Source of the DNA: the human T2T-CHM13v2.0 reference genome, Homo sapiens
NCBI RefSeq assembly: GCF_009914755.1
Contig: NC_060925.1
Reading direction: 5' to 3' (one strand)
Length of the DNA: 64,000 bases
A model generated the notes under the pieces. That model was not told the origin of the DNA and made no database searches. It saw only the letters and a list, made by a program, of their open reading frames with translations. This document shows positions 41,186 to 57,744 of the stretch, piece by piece; the first letter of the stretch is position 1, and each line of letters begins with the position of its first letter. Position numbers and translations under genes: made by a program.

Positions 41186-41675
41186 GGCGCACACACAGGG
41201 GATGTTATTAGAATGGGGAGCAGAGCCTTAGGCTACTGGTTTAGTAAGGGGCTCCTGAAGGTAGCTGTCCTCTGTGAGAGGTTTATAAGGCCATGGTGAT
41301 CCTAACCGTTCCTGCCTCACTGGGTGAGGGGTTTATATTCACAAGGTCAGCTTCCACAGTTAATGCTGTTTGACCGTGGCTACACCTTCTCCTCTGAAAA
41401 ATGGGGTTGCACCTACTTTATACCAAAAAACAGAAGTGAAATTAACTTGGAAAATGTTAAATATGATGAAGAGGCAAGGTACTAGAAAACTCCATAACGT
41501 AATTTGTCATTTCCAGTCTCCCTTTCTCCTCCCGCTGCCTTAGTCTTCTGTCTGTTAGATGGTTACATATTCACTCTAACTTCTCCATCCCAAAACGCCG
41601 ATGTGCATGAGCCCACACACAGACACACAAGCTAGAAAGTCTCATTAGGAATTAGGGGAGTATCTTAGCGTCTCA

Positions 41676-42167
<492 letters not shown>

Positions 42168-42781
42168 CTATTCAGAAGGATCTGCTTCTATCTGGGTGAG
42201 TATGGGGGTAGGAATAAATTCAGGCTAGGGTGGTTTGTGAGTCCTGGAAAGCTGTATGAGGATTTCACACACCCCAGGCACAGGAAGCAGAATAGGTAGC
42301 AGCTGCTAGCTATTCTGGGGGAATGTGGAAACAGAGAGTAGTGTGTCTGTCCTTCCAGAAATGGAACTCACCTAAAGCAACTTCAGTTTACTCACCTGTA
42401 AAATAGGACAATGGAGAAACTCCCTCATGGGAAGTTTGCGAGGGTGAAACAGGAAGGCTCTGACACATGTTGTCAATTTTTGTCTTACCCTGTATCCCTT
42501 AGCTGCCCCTGTCTCCACCTCATTCCCATCCACTTCTCCATTCTCAGTTCCCATTCCCATCACATCTTCCTCCCATCCTGTCCTAGAGCATTCTAGGAAT
42601 GCTCACAATGGCTTTTGGGAAATAAAAGAGGGAATCTAGAGGTAAGACATCCTGTGGAAAATATTGCCAATTTTGTTAACATAAGCAACTTTTACTTTCT
42701 TTTAAATTAGTAATAATCACAATAATAAAGATTACCATTTCAGTGGCCTCCATCAAAATTAGTTTCAAAAGAGCACAACAG

Positions 42782-43951
<1,170 letters not shown>

Positions 43952-44599
43952 TAAAACATCAGACCCTGGGAAAGATGGCCAGCGGGGATGCAGGAAGCAG
44001 CCAGCAAAGCCCTTGCAAGCCAAGCTGAGTAACTTAAGCACCTGGGGAGCCTTGGAGAGATCTTAAACTGGAGGAGGGATGGGGCCATATTTGCCTTTCA
44101 GAAGCCCACTCTAGAATACTGTGTCCCGTGGATGAGAGGGGGTCAGACAGAAACCGTTCCACGTGTCCAGATGAGATTTGGCGGTGGCCTGAGCCAAGAG
44201 GGCATGAACAGGAGAGGGGCTGGGAGGCAGATGGGACAGAGCTTAGCACCTGACTGGCACGGAGTGAGGTGGGAGGGCCTGAGGCTCGCCTCACTTCAGG
44301 TGATGAGCAGACTGAGCAGGTTGTGGCTGGGGAGAAGACGAGCTCGGCTTCCAACGTGGGAAGCCTGAGGTGCTTGCGGGTGCCGTGGGTGGAGCTGTCC
44401 GGTGGGCGGGAGGATGTGCTGCAGGTGGGGCGGAAGGCAAAGCCCCTGCTGGAGACGGAGGTTGGGGAGCCCCGAGAGTGGGTGAGAACTGAGGCCTCGG
44501 GGTGGAGGATATCCCAGGAGTGTGGAAGGAAGCGGTCCCACGACAGCCCAGGGAGACATCAAGGTCTAGGGAGCGGCCCTCACCCTGAGAGCTGTCACT

Positions 44600-45350
44600 G
44601 AATGTTGGGGGCCGGTGCTAATTCGCACCACTCAAGAACACACCCACAAACCCAGTCCCACCACCAGGTTCCCACCCCAACACCCTACCCGCAGCAGCCC
44701 TCTCCTCCGTGCTCCCACCCCGCCCTGCAGACCCGGGTTAATCCTCCCCTCCCTGCTTTGTGCGCCCTCGCGCCTGAGGCCAAAGCCCTGGGCGGCGCGG
44801 GCGCTCCCGGCAGCTGAGGTGGCGGGGCGGGGGCCGCGGGGGAGGAGACACAAAAGGGGGAGGGGCCCAGGCTGCAGCTGCCCCGTACCCGCGGGGACAA
44901 AGGGCCTGCTGGCGGGCCGGCCCCAGCCGTTTTCATGCTTGTTGGGATTAGGGGCAGTAAAGGGCGCTCGGGACTGTGCGGATCAACAGTCTGTGCGGGG
45001 CGGCGCGTGGGGCGGGCTTGGCCCCGCCCGCCCCTGCTTTGTGCGCAGCCCCCGGCCCGCGCCACTCGAGGCGCCGCGGGGCTCCGGGGAGGCCGCCCCT
45101 TTGTCTGCGCCTTTCGGGGACGAGCCCCGCCCGGGGAGCGCCGAGCACCAGCTGAGCGCCGCGCTCCCGCCGGCTACCTCTTCCCCGGCGCGGAGGCCTG
45201 GAGGCCCCTCCTGGGGCGAGGTCGCGGCCCCCCGCCACGCCCGAGCCCCTCGGACGGCTCCCATCCCACAGCCCGAGCCCCCTTTCATTCACGGCGAGGA
45301 GGCCCTCGGGGAACCCAGCCCTCTCCCGGCAGCGACATCTAAGACCTTAG
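44600..45350. promoter_or_regulatory. Orphan CpG island / candidate enhancer or promoter
   Basis: Very high GC and CpG density, GC boxes, SOX, AP-2 and TAATCC motifs; no supportable gene attached. Confidence 0.75.
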
Positions 45351-46932
45351 TAGGATGTACGCACCCCCCTTTCTCCAACGCCACCCTCTCCCCCTCCCGC
45401 CAGTCTCCACCCGAAGAATCTCTTCTCAAATCTATGGGTGATAAATGAGAATGGAGCGATTAGGGGATCGACTGGTTCAGAGCCTACGGGTTGGGGGCAG
45501 GAGTAGGGCTGGGAGGAGGGGGGATCTGGGCAAGGATAAGGTTGGGCTGGAGAAGCTTACAGGGCTGGAGGGGAAATGCAGCCGCATTTCTGGCAGTCTG
45601 GTGCCAGGGCTGGGGTGCGGAAACCTCCCCAGGCTGGGTCCAGTCATTTCTGCCAGGGGTGGGAGGAGGAGGGAGTATGTATGTGGCTCTGTGTCCCGGA
45701 GTGTGCATTTGTGAGTGTGAACGAACCATGGTGCATGTGTATGTGTGTGAACGGGTGTGGGGGCTGGTGCCTGCGCGTCTGCAGGTGCCTGGTGGGCGTG
45801 AGCACGTATACCAGTGTGGATTTGAGGTCTGGCTCAGATCCCAGAACATCCCCATCTCAGGCTCCTCTTCTCACCACCTGCATCCTTTAACTCCTGGGCC
45901 TGGGATTCCAGATGCTACATGCATCTCCTACCTCTGAGGGCCTTCTTGTCCTCTCCTAGTCAGATAAAAACAATTAACATTTGTAGACTACTTCCTGTGA
46001 GCCAGGCAGGCTCAGGTCTAAGCCCTTAACATCTGTTAACTTATTTAACTCTCAAGTAACCCTGTAAGAGAAGTACTCCCATTGTTCCCATTCTACAGTT
46101 GAGAAAAGTGAGGCACAAGTAAGAAGTGGAGGATCCAAGACACCTGGGTCCACTCTGCACTAGAAATCACTATCCTCTGTTGCCTCCACTTCTACTGGGT
46201 CTCCAAGCTCCTCTTCCTCCAGGAAGCCTTCCTTGACCAGGCCCTTACAGATCTCGCCTCTCTCCTGTTCCTGTCACCTGTTCATGCTGAGAGTAGGAGC
46301 AAACCTACCTACACAGGGTTTCCGGTGAGGCTTGAAGGCTAAGAGGCAGGTAGACAGGTCACAGGCTGCCATCATGGGGCAGTCAGTCTCCTTAGAGACA
46401 GCCATTATACAGAGCCCTAACAAGCCAGATCCCCCACCGGGGAGCCCACCTATGATATTCTGAAGCCTTTTTCTGCAGTCTTCTAATGCTTTACCCTCTT
46501 ACTCAGTTCCCAGTTCATTTTCTGCCTCCCTGCACTCAGGCTTTAACCCCATTTACTCTGACCATACTTGATGGGGCTGACCTAGTTGGTGTCCCTGGAG
46601 AGCAAGCAAGTTCTCAGTGGACCCAGCCTCACAGGCCTCTCTGCTAATCCCTTCCATGCTTTCCATCCTGTACCTGCAGCCTACTCAGGCCTCTGCTGTG
46701 TGCCCTGCCCGTGTTGGTCTCTGGGTCTCTGCTCCAATCTCATCCCTATGTCTCCTACTAAGCAAGATGACTCATGTCGCACCCAAAACCTAGGTTAGAC
46801 TTCCTTGGGATTTTATTCTGGTGAGAGAGGTGAAGGGGTGGAGGTAGCTGACTGGCCAAACTCCTACCAAGTGCATGAACCTTTCCTACTCCCCTCACTG
46901 TCCCACGGACTAAGGAATTCCTACCCCAATGA

Positions 46933-47635
<703 letters not shown>

Positions 47636-48221
47636 GCATTAGGCTTTTGGATGCAAGTCTCATCTACCTGTGCACACCACAGCTCTCAAAGACAAGAGCA
47701 GGCTCCTCAGGGCCTCATGCAGGGGAGGCACACAATCTTCTTAATCCATACAGAGCATCTTCACGTCCATTTCCTCATTCAGCCCTTATAGTTGCCACAG
47801 GTGAGGAAACTGAGTATAGAGAGTGTAGCTCAGATCTGCCTATGGGAGGTACTGTGGTCACCTCAGCACTTCCCATGATTAGGCCTCGTGGCCAGTGGAC
47901 CTGATGGAGAACCACAATTCTTGGCTGAGTTGGTTCAGCCACTGGAGTCCTGCCTCCGTTTCCCTGCCCCTAACTCTGCCGTCCTGGGCTGTGGCTCTAT
48001 TCTTGCCAATCTCCTTCCCAAACCCATCATCCCCCGGGGAGTCCCTGACCTTCAGTGACTGGCAGGGGTCCTGTAAACATACAATTCACCACACATTCCC
48101 TTGGTCTCACCTTCTTCTTTTTCTCAGCTCAAAGAGTTCTTTTCTGGAAAGGAATATTAGGCAGCTTTATTTTTTAGAAGTCCCCTTCCCCTTTAAAGAT
48201 GACATTCAAATTTTAGATTCA

Positions 48222-48532
<311 letters not shown>

Positions 48533-48599
48533 TCATAAGAAAAAATGTTTTTCTATGAAAAAGCTGTATGTACCAAAAAAGTATGATTTATAATAATCA

Positions 48600-48812
48600 T
48601 AATTCATTAATGTAACTTACTATGTGTCAGGTACAATTCTAAGTCTTCTATATATTACATATTTAATCCTTGCAGCAACCCTGCGAAGTAGTTATTACTA
48701 TTATTCCCATTTTAAGATGAGGAAACTAAAGCACAGAAAAGTTAATTGACTTGCCCAAGGTCACAAAAACATAAAACAATGGGGACAAGGTCCAAATCCA
48801 GGGTGTCTGGCT
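48600..48812 (-). mobile_element. MIR
   Basis: CCCATTTTAAGATGAGGAAACTAAAGCACAG...TTGCCCAAGGTCACA. Confidence 0.8.
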
Positions 48813-48815
48813 TCA

Positions 48816-50010
<1,195 letters not shown>

Positions 50011-50021
50011 ATAAAAATAAA

Positions 50022-50101
50022 ATACAGTATTTCAGATTTGTGAATTTTGGTATCCCTGGGGATCCTGGAACCAATCCCCTCAGATAACAAAGGATGACTG
50101 T
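50022..50101. mobile_element. MER2 (Tigger) terminal fragment
   Basis: TTTTGGTATCC...CCTGGAACCAATCCCCTCAGATA...GATGACTGTA. Confidence 0.7.
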
Positions 50102-50199
50102 ATATTATAACTACATGTGTGTCAAAACCATCTAAGGACCCGAAATCATAGTCATAGTCAGAGCGCCCTTCAGGGAAGTGATGACACCAGGGTACTTGG

Positions 50200-50510
<311 letters not shown>

Positions 50511-50848
50511 GGGTACAGTTGAGTATGTACGAGTGTGTATGGTATGTGTCCCTCGCAATTCATTTAGGCCCAAAGGTGACACAGGACAAGGACAATCCCA
50601 TATGGGGCTCTCAGGGTAGAAGTCAAGTCTCCCCTGTCACACTGGATGGCCCCTGAGAGACTTCTCCACCCCATTGGATCGCCAGGCACAGCAGTCTAAA
50701 TTCTTCAGTGTCTTTCCCCAAAACCACCTCCCTAGCTCCTAGTCCAGGACCCTACTCAAAAGGGGAGCTCAGATGGTATGAAAAAGAGGCCATCAGACAA
50801 CAGGTAGAAGAAAAACACATACTCAAGAAATGTAATTTTCTGCCCCAG

Positions 50849-50854
50849 TTTATT
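50849..50854 (-). terminator. C1orf216: Polyadenylation signal AATAAA of C1orf216
   Basis: TTTATT on +; GU/U-rich sequence ~35 nt downstream on the minus strand. Confidence 0.7.
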
Positions 50855-52059
50855 CATCTTGGGTTGGTCCAGAAGCCGGGTTTATACACTCAATATGCAA
50901 GAGCTACAGACAAAAAGTCTTCAGGGCCCACCCCTCACCCCCACTCTCTGGATCTTTCACCCATCCACCTGTCAGGGATGAAACTCTTTAGAGATAGGAA
51001 GAGCCCCCCACTTTGCCGATAGGGAGACTGAGGGCCAGAGGCTGCATCAGTGACTTCCATGCCACTGTTCACCCACCAGTGTCCCCTCTTCATACCACTG
51101 CTCACCCACCAGGATCTTGCATTCTCTTGGCTCCCAAGAACAAAGCAGAGAGCTAAGCTACCTTAGTCGTTGGTTCTCTCCAAGACTCACCCACTCTGTA
51201 ACTCGCGGAGCCTGCCAATCCCTGTTTGAAGGGCCATGCAGTGAAAGAAGGGGTTAAAATTCAGCATCCTAAGCATCTCCAGAGGCTTAGGCTGACACTG
51301 TCCCCTTCACATCCCAGAAAGCCAACCTCTGGCTCCTCCTGACAGTCCGACTTCAGAGAAATGAACCAAACCAATTCAACATCCAATGCTGCTAAAGCCA
51401 GAGAGGCACAGCAAGGTAGAGGCAGAGACAGGGAAGCGATATTTTCCTCATCGGCCTTGGAACATCTTGTCTGTTACTTGCAAGCTTATAAACATACATT
51501 GCTTTTCATCAGAAGCTTAAATGAACACGGTTTGCAACAGCTCCTTTTCCAATGGAGAGATGGTTTGTTTGGGAACTGGTATTTTAGAATTCCCATTCTC
51601 CTATTCTTCACAGGGTTCCACTGTTATCATCTTTCCTGTCCCCATCTCCCATGTGCCCAAAGGCAGAGTTCAAGAGGGACAGTCCCCTATGTCCTCTGTC
51701 CCCATCCCCACCATCATCTTCATCACTACTCCTGGTTCCCTTTCCTGATACCAGTTCTCCACACACTGCCAAAATTGCAGCCAAAATTCCATGGCAGGCC
51801 AGAGCAGCCACTAAACCTCCTACAAGTAAAGCCAACATCAGGGACAATAGCCTCAGCTGAGCAAGTCTGGGTTAAGTGAGGGAAAGGGAAAGGAGAGGTG
51901 GCCTGGGAAATCCCAGGAGAATGGGTCAGCCACAACCTTCAGATAAATGACAGCATGCTAGCCCTCTGTCTCCAGGGAACAGTGGGACCCAGTGGAGAAG
52001 AAAGGTTGGGGTAGGCCATGAGGAACACAAGGTGTGGGTGGACACCCACAGTGCAGCTG

Positions 52060-52580
52060 GATATGTATTTGCACACACCTGCTCATGAGTCTGCCTACAA
52101 ACACACATGCTCCTAACATACACCTCCCATGCCTGTGGCCAAACATGTGCACCCCTGCACACACAAGGGCTTCCTCACATACACCTAATACAAGCCTGCA
52201 CACTCAAACTCACTCATAGACACACACATCTTCTGCCTATACATCCTCACTCATGCGCATATACACACACTGCTGGGTACCTGTCTACACATGCACATAC
52301 CGAGTTCCTCATTCTTACATACTACACACACACACATATGTTCACTCTTACATGCTCACATATAGGTCTGCAGATAAATTAGCTGTGTGTACACATGTGC
52401 ACACAGCACACTTAAGCTCATTTATACATGCTTATTCACACATGCCTACACACACCAGCCTACATGTTAGCACATACACACTCATGCCTACCTGCAATCA
52501 TGCCAGCAAATTATGTACTTACTAGTGCGCCTCACACATGCCTGCAAATATATACATATACCCTTGCACACTTGTGGAGG
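52060..52580. repeat. CA-rich low-complexity tract (UG-rich in the mRNA)
   Basis: Seen directly. Confidence 0.8.
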
Positions 52581-52587
52581 CACACCC

Positions 52588-53277
52588 TTAGGCCTGGTCC
52601 TGGGGCCTGGATGGTGCTGCCCTCTGCTGGAGACAGCGAATAAGCTCCTTCCGGTTGTCTAGGATGGTGTCGAAGCTCTCCTGCAGTCGGGCCTGCTGGT
52701 CAATCAACTGATGCTGCAGGCCCCGGATCCACTGGAGCAGTGCCAGGCGACGGTACATCACCAAGTGCACGTGGTGCTTTTCCTTCTCCTGCTCTTTGTA
52801 GCGCTCCTGGACTTGTAAGTGCTGCACAGCCTGGGCCACTGAGGGCAGAAGGGGATCGGGAGGGCCAGGGCCTCGCGGGGTCCCACAGGCAGGCTCAGGA
52901 CTGCTGCTACGGCTGTCAATGCTCAGGGAACTGCTGGCATAGCCGTTGTCCTCCAGAGGGGAGCAGACTGTGCCAGCACCACCCATCTTCTCAGGCTCAG
53001 CCCCGGGAATCTCTGCCCCCTCTGGGGGGCTGCGCACCCCTTCCTCAGGGGATCCAGGGGCCTGGAAGGCTTGGTTGTCAGAGGGTGACTCAGAGGAGCT
53101 CCTCCTCAGGATAGGTTCCACTCTGCCTGGCATCCCATGCCAATTCTCGTTAGCATCCTTGGCACTTGCCATGAAGTTGGAGTTGCTGTCTGGTTGGAGC
53201 TCGGGCTGACATAATCCAGGAGGTGGGTCCCCCAGGAATTGGCCCCCCTCAGCTAGCCCTGGCTGGATGGCGAACAT
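52588..53277 (-). CDS. C1orf216: UPF0500 protein C1orf216, 229 aa, single coding exon
   Basis: ATG-initiated non-repeat ORF recognised as human C1orf216; acceptor TTTCCCTTTACAG 5 nt upstream; S/P/G-rich N-terminus and helical C-terminus. Confidence 0.95.
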   Translation of the reverse strand: MFAIQPGLAEGGQFLGDPPPGLCQPELQPDSNSNFMASAKDANENWHGMPGRVEPILRRSSSESPSDNQAFQAPGSPEEGVRSPPEGAEIPGAEPEKMGGAGTVCSPLEDNGYASSSLSIDSRSSSPEPACGTPRGPGPPDPLLPSVAQAVQHLQVQERYKEQEKEKHHVHLVMYRRLALLQWIRGLQHQLIDQQARLQESFDTILDNRKELIRCLQQRAAPSRPQDQA

Positions 53278-53282
53278 CTAGC

Positions 53283-55662
53283 CTGTAAAGGGAAAGCAGG
53301 AGACCGAGTCACAGTAGGACAGGGTGGGGTGCCTGAAGTCAGGGCAACTTAGCTGCAGGGACAAGGCTGCAAGCAAGAGCCTGGCCACTCCCTGTCAAGC
53401 CCTTTCTCTTGACTCTGGTAACACTTCCCTTCGTGGTTTTCGTCCTCCCTGTCTACCTGTTCATTCTCAGTCTCCTGCAAAGGGTTTTTCCTCCGTCCTC
53501 AGAGCCAGGCTGTCTTCTGATTTTGTGCATTTCTCTCCAGAGGACCTCATTCTCTGCTGTAGCTTCAAAGACCATCATATGCTGGTGACTCTCAGATCTG
53601 TCTTCAGCCCAGATCCAACTGCTATCCAACCCTGCAACCAACCATAGTCTCCTCAAATTCTACATAACCAGTCCAGGCATGGTGGCTCATACCTGTAATC
53701 CCAGCACTTTGGGAGGCCGAGGCAGGCAGATCACCTGAGGTCAGGAGTTCGAGACTAGACTGGCCAACATGGTGAAACCCCATCTCTACTAAAAATACAA
53801 AAATTAGCCAGGCATGGTGACAGGCACCTGTAATCCCAGCTATTTGGGAGGCTGAGGCAGGGGAATCACTTGAACCCAGGAGGCAGAGGTTTCAGTGAGC
53901 CGAGATTGCGCCACTGCACTCCAGCCTGGGTGACAGAGTGACATCATCCCCCTCCACCACCGCCCCCCGCCAAAATTCTACATAACCAAACAAGCTCTCC
54001 TTCAGTATCCTCAGCAAGATGGCTCTGTACTCCATCCAGAAAGCTGAGAGCATCCTGGGGTCCTCACTATCCTTCCTTCTCCCATCTCATTAATAACCAC
54101 ATTCTGACCATTCTTCCTCTTCCAGGCCATTTCTGACCTGGATTATTGCCTCGGCCTTTTCACTGATCTCTCTGCCTCCAGTTAAAAATGTAAATTTCAC
54201 TTGTCACCACTCCTAATGCCCTCCCTGAATTCCTGCTAAACCTCTACCTGGCCTACAACACCCTGTTTGATCTGGCCCCTGCTCACCCCTCCATACCTGC
54301 CTCTTGCCACTCTGCCCCTCCCATCATAGCAAACTGCCCAGAGATCTCAAAACACACCATTGTTTTTCTTACAGTATTCCTTTGGCCTACAATATCCTTC
54401 CTCTCCCCTCCCCTCAAAGCTCCTCCCTTCTCCACCCAGCAAATTCCTTTTTGTACTTCAAAATTAGCTGTAATATCCCCATGTTTCCATGTCCCCATGT
54501 CTCTGAAGCCGTCTTGATACTGCCCCAATCAATATTACATAAACAAGCACGGTTAGTTATGCCTTCCTCTGGGTCCCCACTGCGCTGGGTATACACTGTC
54601 TTATCCAACTTTGCATCCGTCCCTGGCATACATGGTCGACGATCAGTGAATGTCTATTCAACTGGCATTTTTGGTTTGTGGTAATGATCTTGTAATAGCA
54701 GTTTGTAATCTGGCTTGGACCTCCTGTATATATCCTCCATCATATTCCCCAGAGTCAGCCAGCATAGAGCCCTGAACCAGGCTGTCTGTGCATACAGGTA
54801 CTTGCTAAGTGAGTGAATGGGAGAAGAGACTGCAGTGAATTTCCATGCTCAGGAATCCACTCTTGACTCCCCAGGGCTGGAAGAGCTGGGTTCTGGAAGA
54901 GCTGGGTTTGGTTCCCTTTCCTACCCCAGCCAGGGAGCCCCGCCTTCCCCAGTGACAAGCTTTTCTTCTGAGCCTGCCCCCTTCCCTCCCAATGCCTCTG
55001 GAACACAGCCACTATCTTGCGGTCCCCGTCCCTAGCTTGCTCCATTCTGAGGCCCTGGAGGGAGGGCATACCACACCACTCTTCTCTCCTCCATAACCTG
55101 CTTCTAACCAAAATTAGGATTTGAACTGACAAAGGGATTCTACTGACCAAACAGCACTGGGATTAGAACAATTGAAGAGCATGAAGAGGAAGGGTATTGT
55201 AAGTGGAGCCGGCACTGGAAGGCGCTCCATAGGTGGCATGGACCCTCCCCACCCCCAGCAATGGGCAGAGAAGTCCTGGGGAGAAGGGTGTAGGAACAGT
55301 TCGTTTCTAATCGCCCTCTAAGCAAGGCTTGTGGGAAGGTGCCTAGAGATCTCCCCTCGCCCCAATTTTTTATTTTTCCTATACTTGGATGGGGCCGTGA
55401 AGGAAGCTGGGATGGGGTGGGGGTGGCGCTAGGGATCACAGGGTTCTCAGAGATAGTAAAATGAGAACCCCGACACGCCAGGACTAGGTCTCCGCCCAAA
55501 CAGGAGGCAGCCTCCTTTTCTGGCCTTGCGGGAGTGGGAGACCACCCCAGGAGACAGAGACCATCCTTCCCTAGTCTCCTCGAAGGAGGCCACTGTGACT
55601 CCCCGCTTCCCGCGGCTGAGCCCCAAGCCCCACCCCGCCTCGGGCCCCAGACTCGGACTCAC
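53283..55662 (-). other. C1orf216: C1orf216 intron 1 (contains Alu 53671-53970 and L2 pieces)
   Basis: Donor GCC|GTGAGT at 55663|55662; acceptor AG at 53284-53283. Confidence 0.75.
53671..53970 (+). mobile_element. Alu within L2
   Basis: TSD AAATTCTACATAACCA. Confidence 0.92.
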
Positions 55663-56280
55663 GGCGTAGAGGCGCCCGCTCCGGCGCGTCTGGCTCTGGC
55701 TCCGCCCGGCCCTGGTGGTGTCTAGTCCCTGGGCTGGGGGTTCCTCGGCCTGGGCGTCTCCGCGGTCCAGGCGTGGGTGCGGGGCTCCCGGGCAGCGCGC
55801 CCAGCCCCAGTCCCGGACTGCGGAGTCAGGCGGCGTCTGCGCAGCAGGGCGGAGCGACCGGTCCCACGTGGGCCGGTTCGGTTTTCCGCGGAGCCCCGCG
55901 CCAGGCCCCTGCGCCGGAACCGCTTCGCCCCCGCGCGGGGCCGCGTTGACCCAGGCCTTCCAGGTCCGGTGCTCTCTCCTATTGGCATTCGCTGGGCCCT
56001 TCCCATCAGTTAGCCTCGCTGCAGACACCGTGCCATTTTCAAGTGAAATCTGATTAGTCACCACCTTCCGGCGTTAAACTCCTCAATGGCTTCCCCACCG
56101 CCGGGACAACCCCTAAGGCGGTAGCCGCGGGGCTCTGTGCGTCCTGCCCTTCGTCTGCCTCTCCGGCTTCGTCCTCTACCCTCCCTCTCCGCAGTTACCC
56201 TCCCACACGCCCCTTTCCGCCACGCGGCTTTGGCACGCACTGTTCCCTCGGTCTAGCATTCTCTTCCCCCTCTCGACTTA
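55450..56280 (-). promoter_or_regulatory. C1orf216: CpG-island promoter of C1orf216
   Basis: CpG-dense; CCAAT on minus strand at 55981-55985. Confidence 0.85.
55663..55850 (-). other. C1orf216: C1orf216 non-coding exon 1 (5' end approximate)
   Basis: In the CpG island, ends at a consensus donor, contains no ATG. Confidence 0.65.
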
Positions 56281-56416
56281 CTCCTATTTCAGATCTCTTC
56301 TCGGAGAGATCTCTGACTCCCTAGATCACATTCGTTCCCCCCTTTATGTCAGAGCACATTCCTTTTCTTCATAGCATTTATCACAATTTGGAATTATATA
56401 TTCCTTTTTGTGCTTA

Positions 56417-57069
<653 letters not shown>

Positions 57070-57236
57070 TCAATTTGATTCCAAGTCACCATTCTGCAAC
57101 CTAGAGACTAATTGGCAAATTAAATCACACCAAGAAATCCTATATGCAAAAACAGGGAAAATGGAAAAGAAATTTTTATGATTATGATGACTATTTTAAA
57201 AGGGAAAAGGAAATAAGAAGGAGAAGGCAGAAGTAA

Positions 57237-57690
<454 letters not shown>

Positions 57691-57744
57691 CAAATCCTCA
57701 CTCCTAAAGGCTCTCAGCTTTGGTGATCTAGGGTTATGCAGTTC

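Larger units (their letters stand above)
50825..52587 (-). other. C1orf216: C1orf216 3'UTR (~1.75 kb; 3' end approximate)
   Basis: Lies between stop codon and AATAAA; Alu-free. Confidence 0.7.

Noticed and set aside
44615-45448. 277-aa ORF and overlapping ORFs on both strands
   Set aside because: Stop-codon scarcity in a CpG island; non-ATG start, P/G/A/R-biased, no domain
52034-52643. His/Thr-rich plus-strand ORFs
   Set aside because: Products of CA-rich low complexity opposite the C1orf216 UTR
52740-53209. Plus-strand ORFs opposite C1orf216
   Set aside because: Antisense shadow of the real CDS
55447-56064. 205-aa ORF as a separate gene
   Set aside because: GTG start, crosses the C1orf216 exon-1 donor, GC artefact; kept only as a possible upstream frame
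56291-56312. AGATCTCT/AGAGATCT inverted repeat as a structured RNA
   Set aside because: Stem only ~8 bp, too short for a miRNA precursor and expected by chance
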